Below, in pieces: positions 11,383 to 23,146 of a stretch of 64,000 bases of DNA. Below the pieces are notes generated by a model that worked only from the letters and a program-made list of their open reading frames with translations, had not been told where the DNA came from and made no database searches. This DNA is from an uncultured Nitrososphaerales archaeon (GTDB lineage Archaea; Thermoproteota; Nitrososphaeria; Nitrososphaerales; Nitrososphaeraceae): the NCBI GenBank assembly GCA_963709405.1, contig CAVPXM010000053.1:1-64000 (forward strand). Reading direction: 5' to 3'. Positions within the stretch are counted from its first letter, which is position 1. Each line of letters begins with the position of its first letter. The position numbers and the translations under genes were made by a program.

Positions 11383-13128
11383 TTATTGTCTATCGCTTCT
11401 GGATTTACTTGGGCGCATGATTCTTTGATCTTTACCTGGATAAAAACGTCTTAATTCATCGACAGAGTACTCATCTACCCATCTAAACTTTCGTTGCAAG
11501 GTTGCTGTATAGATTTTCTTCCAATCAAGTTGTACGTATTCAAACCACGCTCGCATCACACGCGGATCAATGTAGTTTCTCAGAGAAGTACCTAGGTTAT
11601 AATCACGTGTTTCTTTCTGAAGCTTTAGTTGAACTTGTATCCTTTCTAATCGGCTCTCCAACCTCTTCTTCTGAAGATCAGTCTTCCATTTCTTAGCAGC
11701 GATGTCGTCAGTGACTCTATTTATAGAATCTTCCTTCGATTTTATAGAAATTTCAAATCTTTCTAATGCTTTTTTGCTGGCCGGGTTATTGGGATCTATT
11801 CCCTTTTTGTGATTGCAAGTAATTGCTGCTTTCAGATTTGCCATCTTGGCAATGTATATCTTTTGTGACTCCGAGGTTTGGGTACTAATGTTTATTGAAG
11901 AATTAGCCAGAGCCTCTTTCACTGTTTTTGTAGTAATATATGTTCTGAACACCTTTGCGGTGAGAGCTGGCACACTTTTGCTATCAAGCGTTCGCAGGAA
12001 AGAATTTACCTTATTTGAAGTTATTCCGTCAAAAATCTGATCTCCTTGCTGCTTGCCATCCATAAAGAGTCGCAGATTCTTGTGTAGTCCCTGCATATCT
12101 TTTGACTTCACTTCAAGGGTTTTCTGCCACGGAACACTATCCTTACCCAAAAAATTGAACTCGATAAATTGTACTCCATTTACTTCTGGAAATTTAATAT
12201 GTTCGACGCGCAGAGTCGATGCGCCTACGGTATCTGCCTCCTCAGGATCCTTTTCATCTCCGACCCTCATTGCAAGCTTTGAGATTAGATAGCAGACTGT
12301 TGCAAGCTTTCTATGATTTAAATCACGTGCAGTTAGCATCCTATCTATGATTTCCTTTTCAATCTTGCCGATGTGATTTCCCAGTCTATACGCTTTGTCA
12401 TATTTTTCTCTGTCATTATTTTGTCTAAGTGTCGAAGAATCATGAAGCCAGACATACTTTCTTTTACCGGTCAATACTTCAATCCACGTAGCCAACCATG
12501 TGGAAGCATGATCGTGAACTATTTTTTGCCAGGCTCCTTCAGGTACTGATGCATCCTCACCTAGGTTAAGAATCACATCTTCTGGTCTAACTCGTGGTTT
12601 CCATCTACCACGCAATGGATGCTGTCCTCTACCCATAAATATACCTGGCGGCTCCACCAGCCAATTAGCTATGTCCACTTCTGATCCATCAACAACTGCC
12701 TTGCCAAAAATGGATTTTAATCTTTCTCGTTCTGCCTTTTTTGCAAGAGCTATCCTCTTTTTATCGTCACGACTTAGACCGCGAATTCTCTCAATTTCTT
12801 GTTCTTTGAATTTCCTGTCTTTATCTACTAAAGCCCAGGGACCCTCAAAACTAATCTCGCTAATACTACTGATTTCCTTAAATCTCTCTGGCATCAATTT
12901 CTTGAAATCTGCGAGAAAATTCAGTTGAAAAACTGAATCCCTAACGTAGTGCGTATCCTTCTTTTTTGCCCATGCATAAACTAATTCTTCTTGATCAGGA
13001 CTGAGCATTACCTTTTCGCCTTTAATGTATATGCTCAATCCCTTCGGTTCATAATAAGGTGGAAATGCAACACCATTATGTTGTAATGTACGCCACTTAT
13101 GGGACATCAGCGCAACTGAAGACTCCAT
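11383..13128 (-). CDS. DNA topoisomerase IB (eukaryote-like)
   Basis: WRTLQHNGVAFPP, VEPPGIFMGRGQHPLRG, MRVGDEK, FLGKDSV, TAKVFRTY, CNH, catalytic Tyr in SLRNYIDPR. Confidence 0.96.
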   Translation of the reverse strand: MESSVALMSHKWRTLQHNGVAFPPYYEPKGLSIYIKGEKVMLSPDQEELVYAWAKKKDTHYVRDSVFQLNFLADFKKLMPERFKEISSISEISFEGPWALVDKDRKFKEQEIERIRGLSRDDKKRIALAKKAERERLKSIFGKAVVDGSEVDIANWLVEPPGIFMGRGQHPLRGRWKPRVRPEDVILNLGEDASVPEGAWQKIVHDHASTWLATWIEVLTGKRKYVWLHDSSTLRQNNDREKYDKAYRLGNHIGKIEKEIIDRMLTARDLNHRKLATVCYLISKLAMRVGDEKDPEEADTVGASTLRVEHIKFPEVNGVQFIEFNFLGKDSVPWQKTLEVKSKDMQGLHKNLRLFMDGKQQGDQIFDGITSNKVNSFLRTLDSKSVPALTAKVFRTYITTKTVKEALANSSINISTQTSESQKIYIAKMANLKAAITCNHKKGIDPNNPASKKALERFEISIKSKEDSINRVTDDIAAKKWKTDLQKKRLESRLERIQVQLKLQKETRDYNLGTSLRNYIDPRVMRAWFEYVQLDWKKIYTATLQRKFRWVDEYSVDELRRFYPGKDQRIMRPSKSRSDRQ

Positions 13129-13262
13129 CTACTTTGTAGGAAGTCCTAACTCATCACTCTTAAAGGTTACCAGTTCACCATCTATCTCTACAGGTACTCG
13201 TCTTTACCTAGCCTTCATATTAGTTAGCAAGCTCAATTTATTTAATTATAAGGAAAAGCGAT

Positions 13263-14527
13263 CTACCTTTTTATTGAATGGTATCTGAATTTATCTAGTT
13301 TGATCAATTCATGATACGAACCGAAATTTGTAGGATCGATGTTGTCAAGGGTATTGGCATTAGGATCGTTTACTTCTACCGTTGAACTTATTAAGTTGTA
13401 TAGGGTGGATCTTTGAGCCGGAACCCTTCCCGCAGAGCGAATAATAGTTTGTATTTGCTTAGGCTTCATAAGTTGTCCATGCTGAGCACCTGGCAGCTGT
13501 TGAAATACTTTCATTCATCAATGTTCCTCCGAAATCGTTTACCCCACAATCAAGTAGCAACTGGGACATACGTGGACCTTCCTTTACCCATGAAACCTGA
13601 ATATTATCGATTAATCCATCAAGCATTATTCTGGAAATAGCATGCATCTTGATTATTTCGTTTCCGTCAGGTCCAGGCCGACATGTTTTGCACCAAACCA
13701 AAATTGAACATTGGTGCCTCGTGGTGCACAAAACTTAGTGGAACAAATTCTGTAAATCCATGTTTTGCCTTTTGTAATTCTCTTAGGGTTTCCAGGTGTC
13801 TGGCCTTATGTAGCGAAGTCTCTATATGCCCAAACATAATAGTCGAGGTAGTCGGAATGTTCATAGAATGTGCTGACCTAATCACGTTTATCCAGTCCTC
13901 CACTGATATTCTACCAGGTGAAATAATCTGTCGCAATTCCTGGTCCAAAATTTCTGCTGCGGTTCCAGGCAGGCTTCCTACTCCAGCTTCTTTTAGCCTT
14001 TTTAGATATTCTCCAACACTTACTTCAGACCTGATCGCACCATAAAGAACCTCTTCTGGAGAAAATGCATGTATGTGTATGTCCGGGAGCTCCTTTTTTA
14101 TGGTCTTACATATGTTTACATACAGATCTCCATCCATCTTGGGTGGCAAGCCTGCCTGTATACATACCTCAGTTGCTCCAAGGAGCCATGCCTCTTTTGC
14201 TCTCCTTACGACTTCCTCTAAAGGTAGAAAATACCCCTCCTCTTCTCTAAAGTCTCTGCTGAAAGCACAGAAGCCACATTTCTTTATACATACATTGCTA
14301 AAATTGATATTTCTATTAACTACGTAAGTAACACAGTCTCCAACCTTTTGCCGTCTGAGATCATCTGCGACAAGTGAGACCATGGCCATCTCTGTCGATT
14401 TCGTGTCGAATAGCTCCACCGCGTCCTTCACGGAAATTTCCTTATGACTTAGCGCCTTATTCAATATAGTAGAAATTACGGGATCTATATTTTTGAAAAT
14501 GACATCTAGATTCAATTTTACACACAC
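13263..14527 (-). CDS. cofH: FO synthase subunit CofH (two frameshifts near 13495 and 13675)
   Basis: VNRNINFSNVCIKKCGFCAF, LPGTAAEIL, NIQVSWVKEG, DFGGTLMNESIS. Confidence 0.92.
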
Positions 14528-15699
14528 TCCTTAATCAGTCCTGAATCATCTATCAATGGATCAATGTAAGCTCTCAAACCTTCAGGAACGAAACCCAAAG
14601 ACTTGTCTAGAAATTCTGGATAAACCGGTAACCGGGCTCTAAAACCGTGACCCTTTTTCATGGTAATCCTCCGAATTAGTTCGATATCTGGCCAAGCGCA
14701 TTCTGGATTGACGTAGTCGATGGTAACCGGAGAAATCCCTCCCCAATCATTAATACCTGCGTCTATGAAACTTCCAAGACAACCTCGATTGAGATTAGGC
14801 GGGACTTGAATATTCATGTCGTTCATGATTAGCCGTGCAATTGCCACACATTTTATAAAATAAGAGTGTGGAGGGCTATCAAGCTCGGCCATCGGAGTAT
14901 TTACCTTTGGTGAAAAATTCTGCATGATTACTTCTTGAAGATGACCAAACTTGCTTTGAATCTCCTTAATTACAAACAATGAATCAATTAGCTCTTCAGA
15001 ACTTTCACCTATACCAACTAGCAATCCAGTCGTCATTGGAATTCTCAGTTCTCCTGCATTTTGAATGGTCTTTATCCTCAATTTTGGATTCTTACTCGGA
15101 GCCATTTCATGAGGCATTCCTCTTTCGAGTAGCCTCTCACTTGTTGACTCTAACATGAGACCAAGACTCACATTCGTATCCTTTAAGGTGGACATCTCTT
15201 TTTTTGTAAGACAACCTGCATTGGTGTGTGGTAACAATCCAGTCGTGCCAAGGATCATCTCACTTACTTCTCGAATATAGTCTACAACTGAGGAATGACC
15301 AAGGGATTTGAGCCATGCCCTTGCTTGTTGATATCTTACTTCTGGTCTTTCGCCTGTTACAACAAGGGCTTCTGCGCAGTGCATTCTTTTGCCTCTCTTA
15401 GCGATTGAGAGCACTTGCTCTCTGCTCATCATCGACACGAACTTGTCAGTAGGCTCCTTTTTGTACGTACAATAGGAACATGTGTCACGGCACAAGTTAA
15501 TCAAATTTATAAAAATTTTAGGTGAGTAGGTAATCGGGCCTGGTTTGAACCGGTTTCTAATTGATTTTGCTGTCAGTAAAAGCGAATGTGTATTCTCAGA
15601 ATTGAGGAGTTGATAGGCCTCTGTCCTCGAGATCGATTTCCCTTCTACACACTTGGCCAAGACTTCACCGATCTCTCTTTCAGCAGTACACGAAAGCAT
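14518..15699 (-). CDS. cofG: FO synthase subunit CofG
   Basis: CRDTCSYC, PHTNAG, GLMLES, IQVPPNL, GINDWGGISP. Confidence 0.94.
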   Translation of the reverse strand: MLSCTAEREIGEVLAKCVEGKSISRTEAYQLLNSENTHSLLLTAKSIRNRFKPGPITYSPKIFINLINLCRDTCSYCTYKKEPTDKFVSMMSREQVLSIAKRGKRMHCAEALVVTGERPEVRYQQARAWLKSLGHSSVVDYIREVSEMILGTTGLLPHTNAGCLTKKEMSTLKDTNVSLGLMLESTSERLLERGMPHEMAPSKNPKLRIKTIQNAGELRIPMTTGLLVGIGESSEELIDSLFVIKEIQSKFGHLQEVIMQNFSPKVNTPMAELDSPPHSYFIKCVAIARLIMNDMNIQVPPNLNRGCLGSFIDAGINDWGGISPVTIDYVNPECAWPDIELIRRITMKKGHGFRARLPVYPEFLDKSLGFVPEGLRAYIDPLIDDSGLIKECV

Positions 15700-15835
15700 C
15701 TTTAAATCTTATAACCTAACTCATTATTAATAATTAGCTAGAAAATGTACTTACATGTATTAAAACGGTGTCATTTAAGTTTGGTTGTCCGTTCATTTGG
15801 TGTTCATGTATTCTATAACGGAGAAGACAGCGTTA

Positions 15836-17062
15836 TTAACTAATCGGGTGTTGATCTCTGTTCACTGTGTATTCTCTGCCGCGCCAATTAACTGCATTTC
15901 TCTTGTTTGCATCTAAAGTCGATGAGATAAATGACGTAGATATGACAACACCACCTAAAGGCGAAGCGAGAGCATAAATTGCTTTCTCATGAATGCCAAA
16001 TTTTAATTGGATTGCATCTGTCATGATTATCAAAGAAATTGTTCCCAGATTTAAAAAAATTAAGATAAAAAGAAACAAATTTGCTAAACTGTAATAAAAA
16101 AAAAGCAGCAATAACGTGTAGGGCAATATAATGAACGGTTCAATAAGCAAAAAAAAGATTGCAACCGTCAACAAGATGGTTTGGTTTTTATGTTGTGAAT
16201 ACATAGGAATCATCAATCTTCGCAATCCGTTCCACAAGGTCTTCATGTCTCTAGCCCATACGGCTTTGATTTCACTCTCCCCGCGAAACATTTTCATTTC
16301 AAATTTTCCTAGCTTGACCTTACTTCCTAGAGCCCCGTCCTCTATGAGTTCCTGCTTTACGCCCTCGTGAGTGCCAATTTTTTCGTATGTTTTTCTAGTA
16401 ATTAGAAAGAAACTCCCAAAGAAGTAGCCGATCCTTGTATTAGGATCATTAACTCGGAGTGCAGAAAACCTAGTATGCAGAAAAATTGATAGCATTGGTA
16501 CGGTAATTCTTGTCCAGACATCATTGCACATCAGTCTTGGAACAATAGTTAAAGCCTTTAATTTCTGCACCATCAACACTGTAACAGCTCTGGTCATTAA
16601 TTGAGAGCTATGAACAGTATCAGCATCGGTAAATAACAAAATATCACCACTAGACCTAAGATACCCTTGATAGCATGCCCAATTCTTTCCTACCCAGCCG
16701 TCAGGTGCCGGGCCAATATGTAATACAACAACCCTACGATTATTCTTGGAGTATTGATCCATAATTTCTCCAGTCCGGTCTGTAGAAGAATCATTTATAG
16801 CAATGATTTCAAAATTAGGATAGTCTTGCTTTCCCAAACTATCAAGACATCTTGCAATGTAATGCTCTTCATTAAGAGCTGGTACAATAATACTCACTTT
16901 AGGGTATTCAACTAGCGGAGAAATGGCAGCTTTAATTAACACAGGAGATCTCCTGAAGGATTTCAAAGAATACAGGAAAAGATATACCCATGTGCCCAAA
17001 ATTGCAGCCATAATTACCCCGAGAATAGAGTTGATTATCGTAAAGTCCAAATCCAAATCCAA
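15836..17062 (-). CDS. Membrane glycosyltransferase, family 2
   Basis: VSIIVPALNEE, DSSTD, GWVGKNWAC, FTDADT, ED motif, C-terminal TM helices and WRGR. Confidence 0.9.
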   Translation of the reverse strand: MDLDLDFTIINSILGVIMAAILGTWVYLFLYSLKSFRRSPVLIKAAISPLVEYPKVSIIVPALNEEHYIARCLDSLGKQDYPNFEIIAINDSSTDRTGEIMDQYSKNNRRVVVLHIGPAPDGWVGKNWACYQGYLRSSGDILLFTDADTVHSSQLMTRAVTVLMVQKLKALTIVPRLMCNDVWTRITVPMLSIFLHTRFSALRVNDPNTRIGYFFGSFFLITRKTYEKIGTHEGVKQELIEDGALGSKVKLGKFEMKMFRGESEIKAVWARDMKTLWNGLRRLMIPMYSQHKNQTILLTVAIFFLLIEPFIILPYTLLLLFFYYSLANLFLFILIFLNLGTISLIIMTDAIQLKFGIHEKAIYALASPLGGVVISTSFISSTLDANKRNAVNWRGREYTVNRDQHPIS

Positions 17063-17608
17063 TTCGTTAATGTACGAATACTAAACTATTCGACAGATAT
17101 AGATTGCTATTCTGCTTCTTTCGAAAATCTGCCTAATGCTTCTGGCCTTCCATTCTCAAGGGATTACTCAGAAGCCCAGAGAACATAGAAAGAAACCCAA
17201 GATTTATCTTACAAGATAATTCAACCTTCGTCCTATTATTGTCGAATCGTATCAACACAATCCTTTTGTCCTGACAATAGGACTATCGGTATTGTTTTTG
17301 CATAAATGGTAACAGTCTCAATGCATTTGGAATGTATAAAATGCTAACATTACTTTTCTGCTTATAACATTCCCGTTTCTAATAAAATTCCGTATTATTC
17401 TTACTATGCCAATACGATGCATGCTTGTCAATGCCTACGATTATTTCCCAGGCCCTAATTCAAGTCTGGGACCATTTCTTGTTCCGCATCAATCCTAACC
17501 ATAATTTCATGTCAATTATATGATTTATTGATCGATTGCCAATGCAGTTAAATATCATAAGCTATTGTATTCAGCTAGACATAAATCTCCCTGTATCGAA
17601 GATCTAAT

Positions 17609-17882
17609 CTATCCCCCGCTAGAAGAAGACTTTGTTGTTACAAACGCTTCGCTAATTTGATTATAAATTCTCAAAAAATGAAAGCCTTTTTCAGTAGTAC
17701 TATATGTCCTTTCGCCTTCCTGATAAGTAATCAACCCATTTTGTAAGAGCTGGGACAGATATTCTTTAAGCTGTACATACGATAAGTAGGCTTTGTACAT
17801 GATCCTAATTTGTGTAGCTTTTCTTCCCCTAGCGAATCTCCAAGATCAGCGCAATTATTTCCAGATTATTCCTATTCTTCAC
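17609..17882 (-). CDS. Archaeal winged-helix transcriptional regulator (frameshift near 17835)
   Basis: GTG at 17882 gives KNRNNLEIIALIL, continuing in another frame as ATQIRIMYKAYLSYVQLKEYL...TTEKG. Confidence 0.8.
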
Positions 17883-18378
17883 ATTAATATCATATTTTTA
17901 TACGAGCATTGAATAAAAACATCGTCAAACACTATTATAGAACCGATTACTATATCGAGGTAACAATAAAGTTCTAGTCTTACTAAATCTTAGGAGTGTA
18001 CTATAAGTTTCTTATTTCCACGCATCTTTTCGACTCTTGACTTCAAGTACTCACAATTAGTCTGTCAAAGTAAGCGCGCAAAATCGGGTTCATTTAGAAT
18101 AAGGATCGAAAATCGCATTCTGTTAACCTATCATGCAGGTGGATATTCATATTTAGTAGTAAGAATTTCTTAAAATAATGTATGGAGACAATGGTCCTTA
18201 CAGAATTTCTGCATCAACGAGTTAGATCACATTAACCGTCGAATTCAGATGTATTAGTAGTGGTATGGCTACTAATACTTTCCGTATCTATTTGTTATTT
18301 TTTAAAAATCTACACTAGTAAATATTTGGTGCCTCATTCAAGGGGCTCACAAAGTTGAGAAATAGAATGAATTATTCC

Positions 18379-19098
18379 TCAGCCTATACCTGGACGAAAA
18401 TTTTGCAAATTCTTTTGATTTTGAAGGCCTTGCAGAATAGCTTCATATTGTTTGTCCAATGGTCTTGTATTGAGCGGGATGCCTTCAATTCTTGCGAACG
18501 CGTTAACAATACTCTTAGCTGCCAAAGGTTGTGGCAAAGCTGTTTCAGAAATCTCTCCAAAAAGACCTATCGCAGCTATATCCCTTTCGCCAGCGAGTCC
18601 TAATATTAACCCATTGAACCATGTTATACTTTCAATTTCATTTCCAATGAGATCTATTTTGAACTCGGCTAATATTTTTTTTAGATTCGGATCGCTTACT
18701 ACGCCGTAAACTTTTGGTGCACCGGTTACTTGTTCTCGAAGGTATCCTCCTGCCCCGTACAAAAGCTTAACTTTTCCGATTTCTTGTGTGTAGTCTAGAA
18801 GTAGATTACAAAGTTGGTGAAGCTCTCGAGGATCTTGTGGTTGTGAGTTGCCTGTAAAGATTAGTAGATTAGCATCCTTGCTATAATAAATCTGATAGGA
18901 GTCAACCGTGCACTTTACGACGCCCTCCTTGTACGAAACCCAAGGCTTTTCATTTGATATTATTTCTGCCACAAATTCTGTCTTGAGATTTTCTGCCAGG
19001 TAGGAAGAAGCAATCCCACCAACTTTTCCGATATCTGGTAATGATGCAAATAGAATAAAATTATCTGATTTGATACTTCTTATTTTATTAAATTTCAT
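18379..19098 (-). CDS. PAC2-family proteasome assembly chaperone
   Basis: LPDIGKVGGIA, TGNSQPQ, GLILGLA, QPLAAK. Confidence 0.88.
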   Translation of the reverse strand: MKFNKIRSIKSDNFILFASLPDIGKVGGIASSYLAENLKTEFVAEIISNEKPWVSYKEGVVKCTVDSYQIYYSKDANLLIFTGNSQPQDPRELHQLCNLLLDYTQEIGKVKLLYGAGGYLREQVTGAPKVYGVVSDPNLKKILAEFKIDLIGNEIESITWFNGLILGLAGERDIAAIGLFGEISETALPQPLAAKSIVNAFARIEGIPLNTRPLDKQYEAILQGLQNQKNLQNFRPGIG

Positions 19099-19499
19099 TT
19101 TTGTCTAAATCTAGTGATTACTACCAAAAACGTGACGCATGTCAACAAATTTCAAACTGATGAATTCGAAGATAATATTGGCAGAAATGAAGCCCATCAT
19201 ACTAGATTGAGTTCTACCAAGGTAGATGAGGAAATTATCAGTATACTTATTCGTTCTTTCATAGATGTTTGAGGATTGAATTGGTATGAACTTATGAAGA
19301 TAATGAGTCATATCGATTTTATAGAGTAGCGTGGATAAAAATCATACCATAATCATCATGGATACGAATCCTAAACTACATTCATATATGATAAAATATC
19401 ATTGAATAACCCGACTAGACGCTATCCACGACTAGATTAGATTTAAATCTAGAATACCGAACAAAGTTGATTAAAGATCTACGTGAATTTAGTCTAGCA

Positions 19500-19856
19500 C
19501 TATCGCACTTGTTCGTCTATATTATCGATACATTGTAAATATAATTCACGGCTCCTTTTTATTATCCATTCTGCAAAATCATCTAGACTAAATACATATT
19601 GTTGTTGAAAGCTTGGAGGAATAAAGCCTCCGTGAGTTAACACCTGAACGATTACATATTTCTCATTAATTGTTGCGACTTCTTCCTCGGCAGCGGATTC
19701 TGACTCTTCAACAGTATTCCGATATAGTAGAATCGGTCTATTTTTTTTTCTAGATAAAAGTGATGCATTAGTTAGCTTATCCCTAAATTGCTCAATCAGC
19801 CATCCGTCTAGCGTTACCTGCCTCCTATTAATGGCCAGCTGCTCCTTTCTGATCAA
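19500..19856 (-). CDS. Hypothetical protein
   Basis: 118-aa ORF with a TATA-like tract upstream; no family recognised. Confidence 0.65.
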   Translation of the reverse strand: MIRKEQLAINRRQVTLDGWLIEQFRDKLTNASLLSRKKNRPILLYRNTVEESESAAEEEVATINEKYVIVQVLTHGGFIPPSFQQQYVFSLDDFAEWIIKRSRELYLQCIDNIDEQVR

Positions 19857-20482
19857 AATACTAACTATAATACCTTTGTATTTCCCATATATTATAATGT
19901 AAGTGATAATATTTTTTGACTATGTAAATTGATATGTTTTATTCACCTGAAGTTTTAACTCCCAAAGAGGGCAGTAATAATTGGTCAAATCAGATTTTAT
20001 GCCCAAACATCTTGCCATGTGACCAAGGCTGATGTATATGAATAAACGTAACATCTCTTTAGCCTCCCATCGTCCTGTAATCTAATGGTAGTGCTTCAGT
20101 ATGGATCATAATAGTCATCACTCGTTCATATCTATTATTTAAATCTACGATTTACAGCAGTTTTTTGTTATTGTTTTCGCGAGTTTAAAGCAATCGTTGC
20201 TTGAAAATCATTTATAGATTCCATTGTAGTCATTCCACTGCTATTTTTCACTAATTGGAAGAGACGCTAGCGATACTGAAAATGTAGTCGTTTTTAACCT
20301 CTGTGATAATATATTGATGGTCAAATAAAATATAGCCAAGCATCAACACACTTAAGGGACTCGTTGTAGCGAAGCATTCATTATACATATATCGTTCAGG
20401 ATAGATTTAGCTTTTGCAGATAGAACCACATATAAAGCCTAACTGCCATTTGCTCATACAGACTACATCAACTGACACATTC

Positions 20483-21775
20483 ATGATTCCAATTAATAAG
20501 CCAATGATAGGAGATGAGGAGCGGCGCGAAGTGCTGGAAGTTTTGAATGAAGACTCCGTTCTCACTTCGCCAGCAAAAAATGGTGGTAGAAAAGTACAAG
20601 ATTTTGAGCAACTTTTGCGAGAGTATCTACGTGTTAAGCATGTCGTAGCAGTTAATTCAGGTACAGCAGCTTTGTATTCATCCTTAGTCGCGCTCGGGAT
20701 AAGGCCCGGGGACGAGGTTTTGTTACCATCATTCACATTTGTGGCCACAGCTAACGCGGTCGTCGCTGCAGGAGGTAAACCAGTTTTCGTAGATATTAAG
20801 AAACAAGAGTCTGATTATACAATAGACATTTCAGATTTAAAGTCCAAATTTACGAAGAAAACCAGAGTAGTTATACCTGTTCATCTGTACGGAAATCCGG
20901 CCGATCTAGACGAAATCAGTGAACTTTCACGACGATACTCGAATGGCGATGTCACTATCATCGAAGATGCATGTCAATCACTTGGTTCGACTTATAAGAA
21001 ACAACAGACAGGAACGTTCGGTCTAATGGGTTGTTTTAGTATGTATGCAAGTAAGGTACTGACATCAGGAGAAGGCGGAGCGGTAGTAACCGACAGTGAT
21101 GATATGGCGGATAAGCTCAAGATGATAAGAAATCACGGTATGGTAGAAGGTTATGATACTCGGGTCTTTGGGCTAAATTTGCGATTACCTGAACTGAGCG
21201 CAGCGATAGCCAAGGCCCAGATGAGGAAGCTTCCGGAAATGCTTTATCAAAGAAGGCGCAACGCTAAACTGCTGACCGAGCTCTTATCAGCCGCGGGCGC
21301 TGACTCTACAAAGAAAATTACTAAGCTCGTAACGTTGCCAGCGAATAATAGCGGCAATACGGAGAAGGAATCGAATTGGTATTTGTATACCTTGGCTTTT
21401 AAAATAGATGACATGAGAGATAAGATAAAGGGAAAGTTGATAACCGAATACAAGATAGGCGCAGCAGTCTATTATGACCCTCCAGTTCACAGGACTCCAT
21501 ATTACGAAGAGTTGGCCTCCTTAACACGGACTTCAAGTGATGATAATACAACATTCAATCCTATGAACAAACACTATCTGCCCTCGGCTTCAACATCAAG
21601 ATATTCTACTAAAATTCCCAATTCTGACGAGAATAAAGGCATTATAACGAATAGCAGGGACTTAATAAATACAGATTGGGCAAGTAAGCACGTTTTGTCG
21701 CTACCTGTACATCCGCAGTTAACTGATCAAGATATCAAATACATCGCAGCAAGCCTAATCAAGGCATTATCCTGA
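20483..21775 (+). CDS. DegT/DnrJ/EryC1/StrS PLP-dependent aminotransferase
   Basis: MIPINKP start, VNSGTAAL, PVHLYG, IEDACQSLG, SMYASKVLTSGEGG, LSLPVHP. Confidence 0.93.
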   Translation: MIPINKPMIGDEERREVLEVLNEDSVLTSPAKNGGRKVQDFEQLLREYLRVKHVVAVNSGTAALYSSLVALGIRPGDEVLLPSFTFVATANAVVAAGGKPVFVDIKKQESDYTIDISDLKSKFTKKTRVVIPVHLYGNPADLDEISELSRRYSNGDVTIIEDACQSLGSTYKKQQTGTFGLMGCFSMYASKVLTSGEGGAVVTDSDDMADKLKMIRNHGMVEGYDTRVFGLNLRLPELSAAIAKAQMRKLPEMLYQRRRNAKLLTELLSAAGADSTKKITKLVTLPANNSGNTEKESNWYLYTLAFKIDDMRDKIKGKLITEYKIGAAVYYDPPVHRTPYYEELASLTRTSSDDNTTFNPMNKHYLPSASTSRYSTKIPNSDENKGIITNSRDLINTDWASKHVLSLPVHPQLTDQDIKYIAASLIKALS

Positions 21776-22315
21776 TCAGTTTCGTCGTAACATTACTCGT
21801 TTTTGTAGATAACTAAATATGGCAACTTCGACACACATTGAATCTTTTTCATACGATTTTGTCGAGACGAATTCATGAAGCCTTATGCCTCGCAAATTAA
21901 GGGAGTATCTACAACACTCGAGTCATATTGGTCGCATTAATCAGGCTGTAAGGCATAAATTCATGAGTCATATGAATATTCGTCTGAAAATAACACAGAC
22001 GAAGCTTCTAAATCAAAAGGAGCAATAGCCGCGACAAATTACTGAATGACACATTATCTGAATTATTTAAAATAAGAAACTAGATACCTCAAATAGTTAT
22101 GCTATCAGAACCAATACAGTTTCTCACTTTAATGATGAGAAGTCAGACATCAGATTTTTCTCAGCATCGTAATTGGACAAATTCAGAGCTAGGCAGATTC
22201 TGAGGAGGGTCAGACCCACTATTTATTTTTTAATTAACCTGTAGCAGGAATGGTCTATTTGATATCTAGATCATTCGTCAGTTGCGCTCGCCTCAGGAGT
22301 CAAAACCGCATATGG

Positions 22316-22323
22316 TTTAAATA
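22316..22323 (+). promoter_or_regulatory. TATA box of the ferredoxin gene
   Basis: TTTAAATA about 30 nt before ATG 22354. Confidence 0.55.
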
Positions 22324-22353
22324 ATATGTAAATCGATTAGTTTTAGATAGAAG

Positions 22354-22890
22354 ATGCCAATAGATCTAGACTTTCCGAAAAACCATCAAGTGATTGGTAA
22401 ACATTCGCTTTCCGACGATGAACACTACCATTATGTTTGGGGTCCAGGCAGAGCTGCAGAAGCTACGGAAAACGAAGAAGTTAAAGCAGCTTTTGCTGCA
22501 CGAGGAGAAGAACAAGTTCCACTCGGAGTTCATGGCACCATGGTTGCAATAGATTGGGACTCGTGTGTTGCTGATGGCGCGTGCATAGAAGCCTGTCCAG
22601 TTCAAGTATTCCAATGGTACAGGACAGAGCAAGACGAACCCCCACAACAAATGGTCAATGCTACAAGCTCAGGAACAGGAAGTACCGTGAAGGAAGAGAG
22701 GAAGGATTATACTGACAAGGCTGATCCAATAAGAGAACACGACTGTATTTGGTGTATGGCTTGTGTTTCTGTGTGTCCACCACAAGCAGTAAAAGTAGAC
22801 CAATCAAGCCTCGAATTTCACGAAAAAGCAGCAGGAACGTTCAATGAAGCTCTTTCGAAAGGTAGCGCACCGCCTCCACATGCTCATTAA
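22354..22890 (+). CDS. zfx: Zinc-containing dicluster ferredoxin (Zfx type)
   Basis: His-containing N-terminal extension, GVHGTMVAIDWDSCVADGACIEACP (CxxDxxC) and CIWCMACVSVCP. Confidence 0.85.
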   Translation: MPIDLDFPKNHQVIGKHSLSDDEHYHYVWGPGRAAEATENEEVKAAFAARGEEQVPLGVHGTMVAIDWDSCVADGACIEACPVQVFQWYRTEQDEPPQQMVNATSSGTGSTVKEERKDYTDKADPIREHDCIWCMACVSVCPPQAVKVDQSSLEFHEKAAGTFNEALSKGSAPPPHAH

Positions 22891-23146
22891 TTTACCAAGT
22901 TCTACCTTCTTTATTTTTGAATAAAATCCATAAATTCTTTTTGATTCCAAGAGATATTTTGATTTGCCGATGTAAGTTGTCATCAAATAGATCATGACGG
23001 TAATTCACTACTAAAATTAAAATTCCGTCGATATTTAATTGAACCACTGGTCATATTAATCTCTAAATTGCACGAAAAAATTTACAAAGGTTAAAACGTA
23101 TCTTCAAATCAAAAATATCTAAGAAAATCGCGTAATCATTTTGGAC

